The notes below the pieces were generated by a model. That model was not told the DNA's origin and did not search any database. It saw nothing but the letters and a program-made list of their open reading frames with translations. A DNA stretch of 64,000 nt, filler included, from Sphacelaria rigidula (Eukaryota): the NCBI GenBank assembly GCA_964200075.2. It is 7 parts of 7 records of this genome, joined end to end, with 100 filler letters (N's around TTAATTAATTAA, not from the genome) between each part and the next. Parts side by side here need not be neighbours in the genome. Positions count along the whole stretch, not along the records: positions 54,967 to 64,000 come from CAXNAA020009458.1; 6 more parts are not named here. The stretch is one strand, 5' to 3'. A program made the translations under genes and the position numbers. The number at the start of each line of letters is the position of its first letter. The first letter of the stretch is position 1. Shown here one piece after another: positions 63,782-64,000 of this stretch.

Positions 63782-64000
63782 CTGTACCAAGGAACCGGAC
63801 CAAGCGACAGACAAAACCGTGCGGCGGTGGGAGCGGTAGCAGCGGAGAAGGGAGGGGGGAGGCGGAAAGGGATGCAAGGTTGCTGAGTGAGTTTATCCAC
63901 ATGACTACAAACAGTGCCAGAATGACTACGAGCTGGGCCAGCCTAAAAACGGATTTAAGCTTTAACAGCAATATCTCATCGACACAGACGAGTTGGGCCG

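Overview
Eukaryotic, intron-rich and repeat-rich DNA; the gene style and splice signals suggest a stramenopile, probably a brown alga (inference only). The window is NOT one locus. It is seven ~9.06-kb contigs (9062, 9061, 9061, 9061, 9061, 9060 bp and a truncated last one) joined by artificial 100-bp N/TTAATTAATTAA spacers, apparently sorted by length, so nothing can be inferred across the spacers. Host genes rebuilt by hand from splice sites: (i) three exons of an FMN-binding glutamate-synthase-family protein, missed by the ORF track and including a GC-AG intron; (ii) four exons of an EF-hand/calmodulin-like protein; (iii) 12 exons of a myosin on the minus strand, with no recognisable IQ motif and an (EAAAK)-repeat tail; (iv) two large low-complexity terminal exons of unknown genes. 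The rest is transposon-derived: a decayed Ty3/Gypsy chromovirus pol, a Copia 3' end with its LTR, a gag relic with a CCHC knuckle, a tRNA-derived SINE-like family, and many MITE/foldback elements. The most unusual structure is a composite hAT-like unit with an 8-bp TSD that encloses an exon-like passenger. I found no clearly new biological system; the candidates below are hypotheses.
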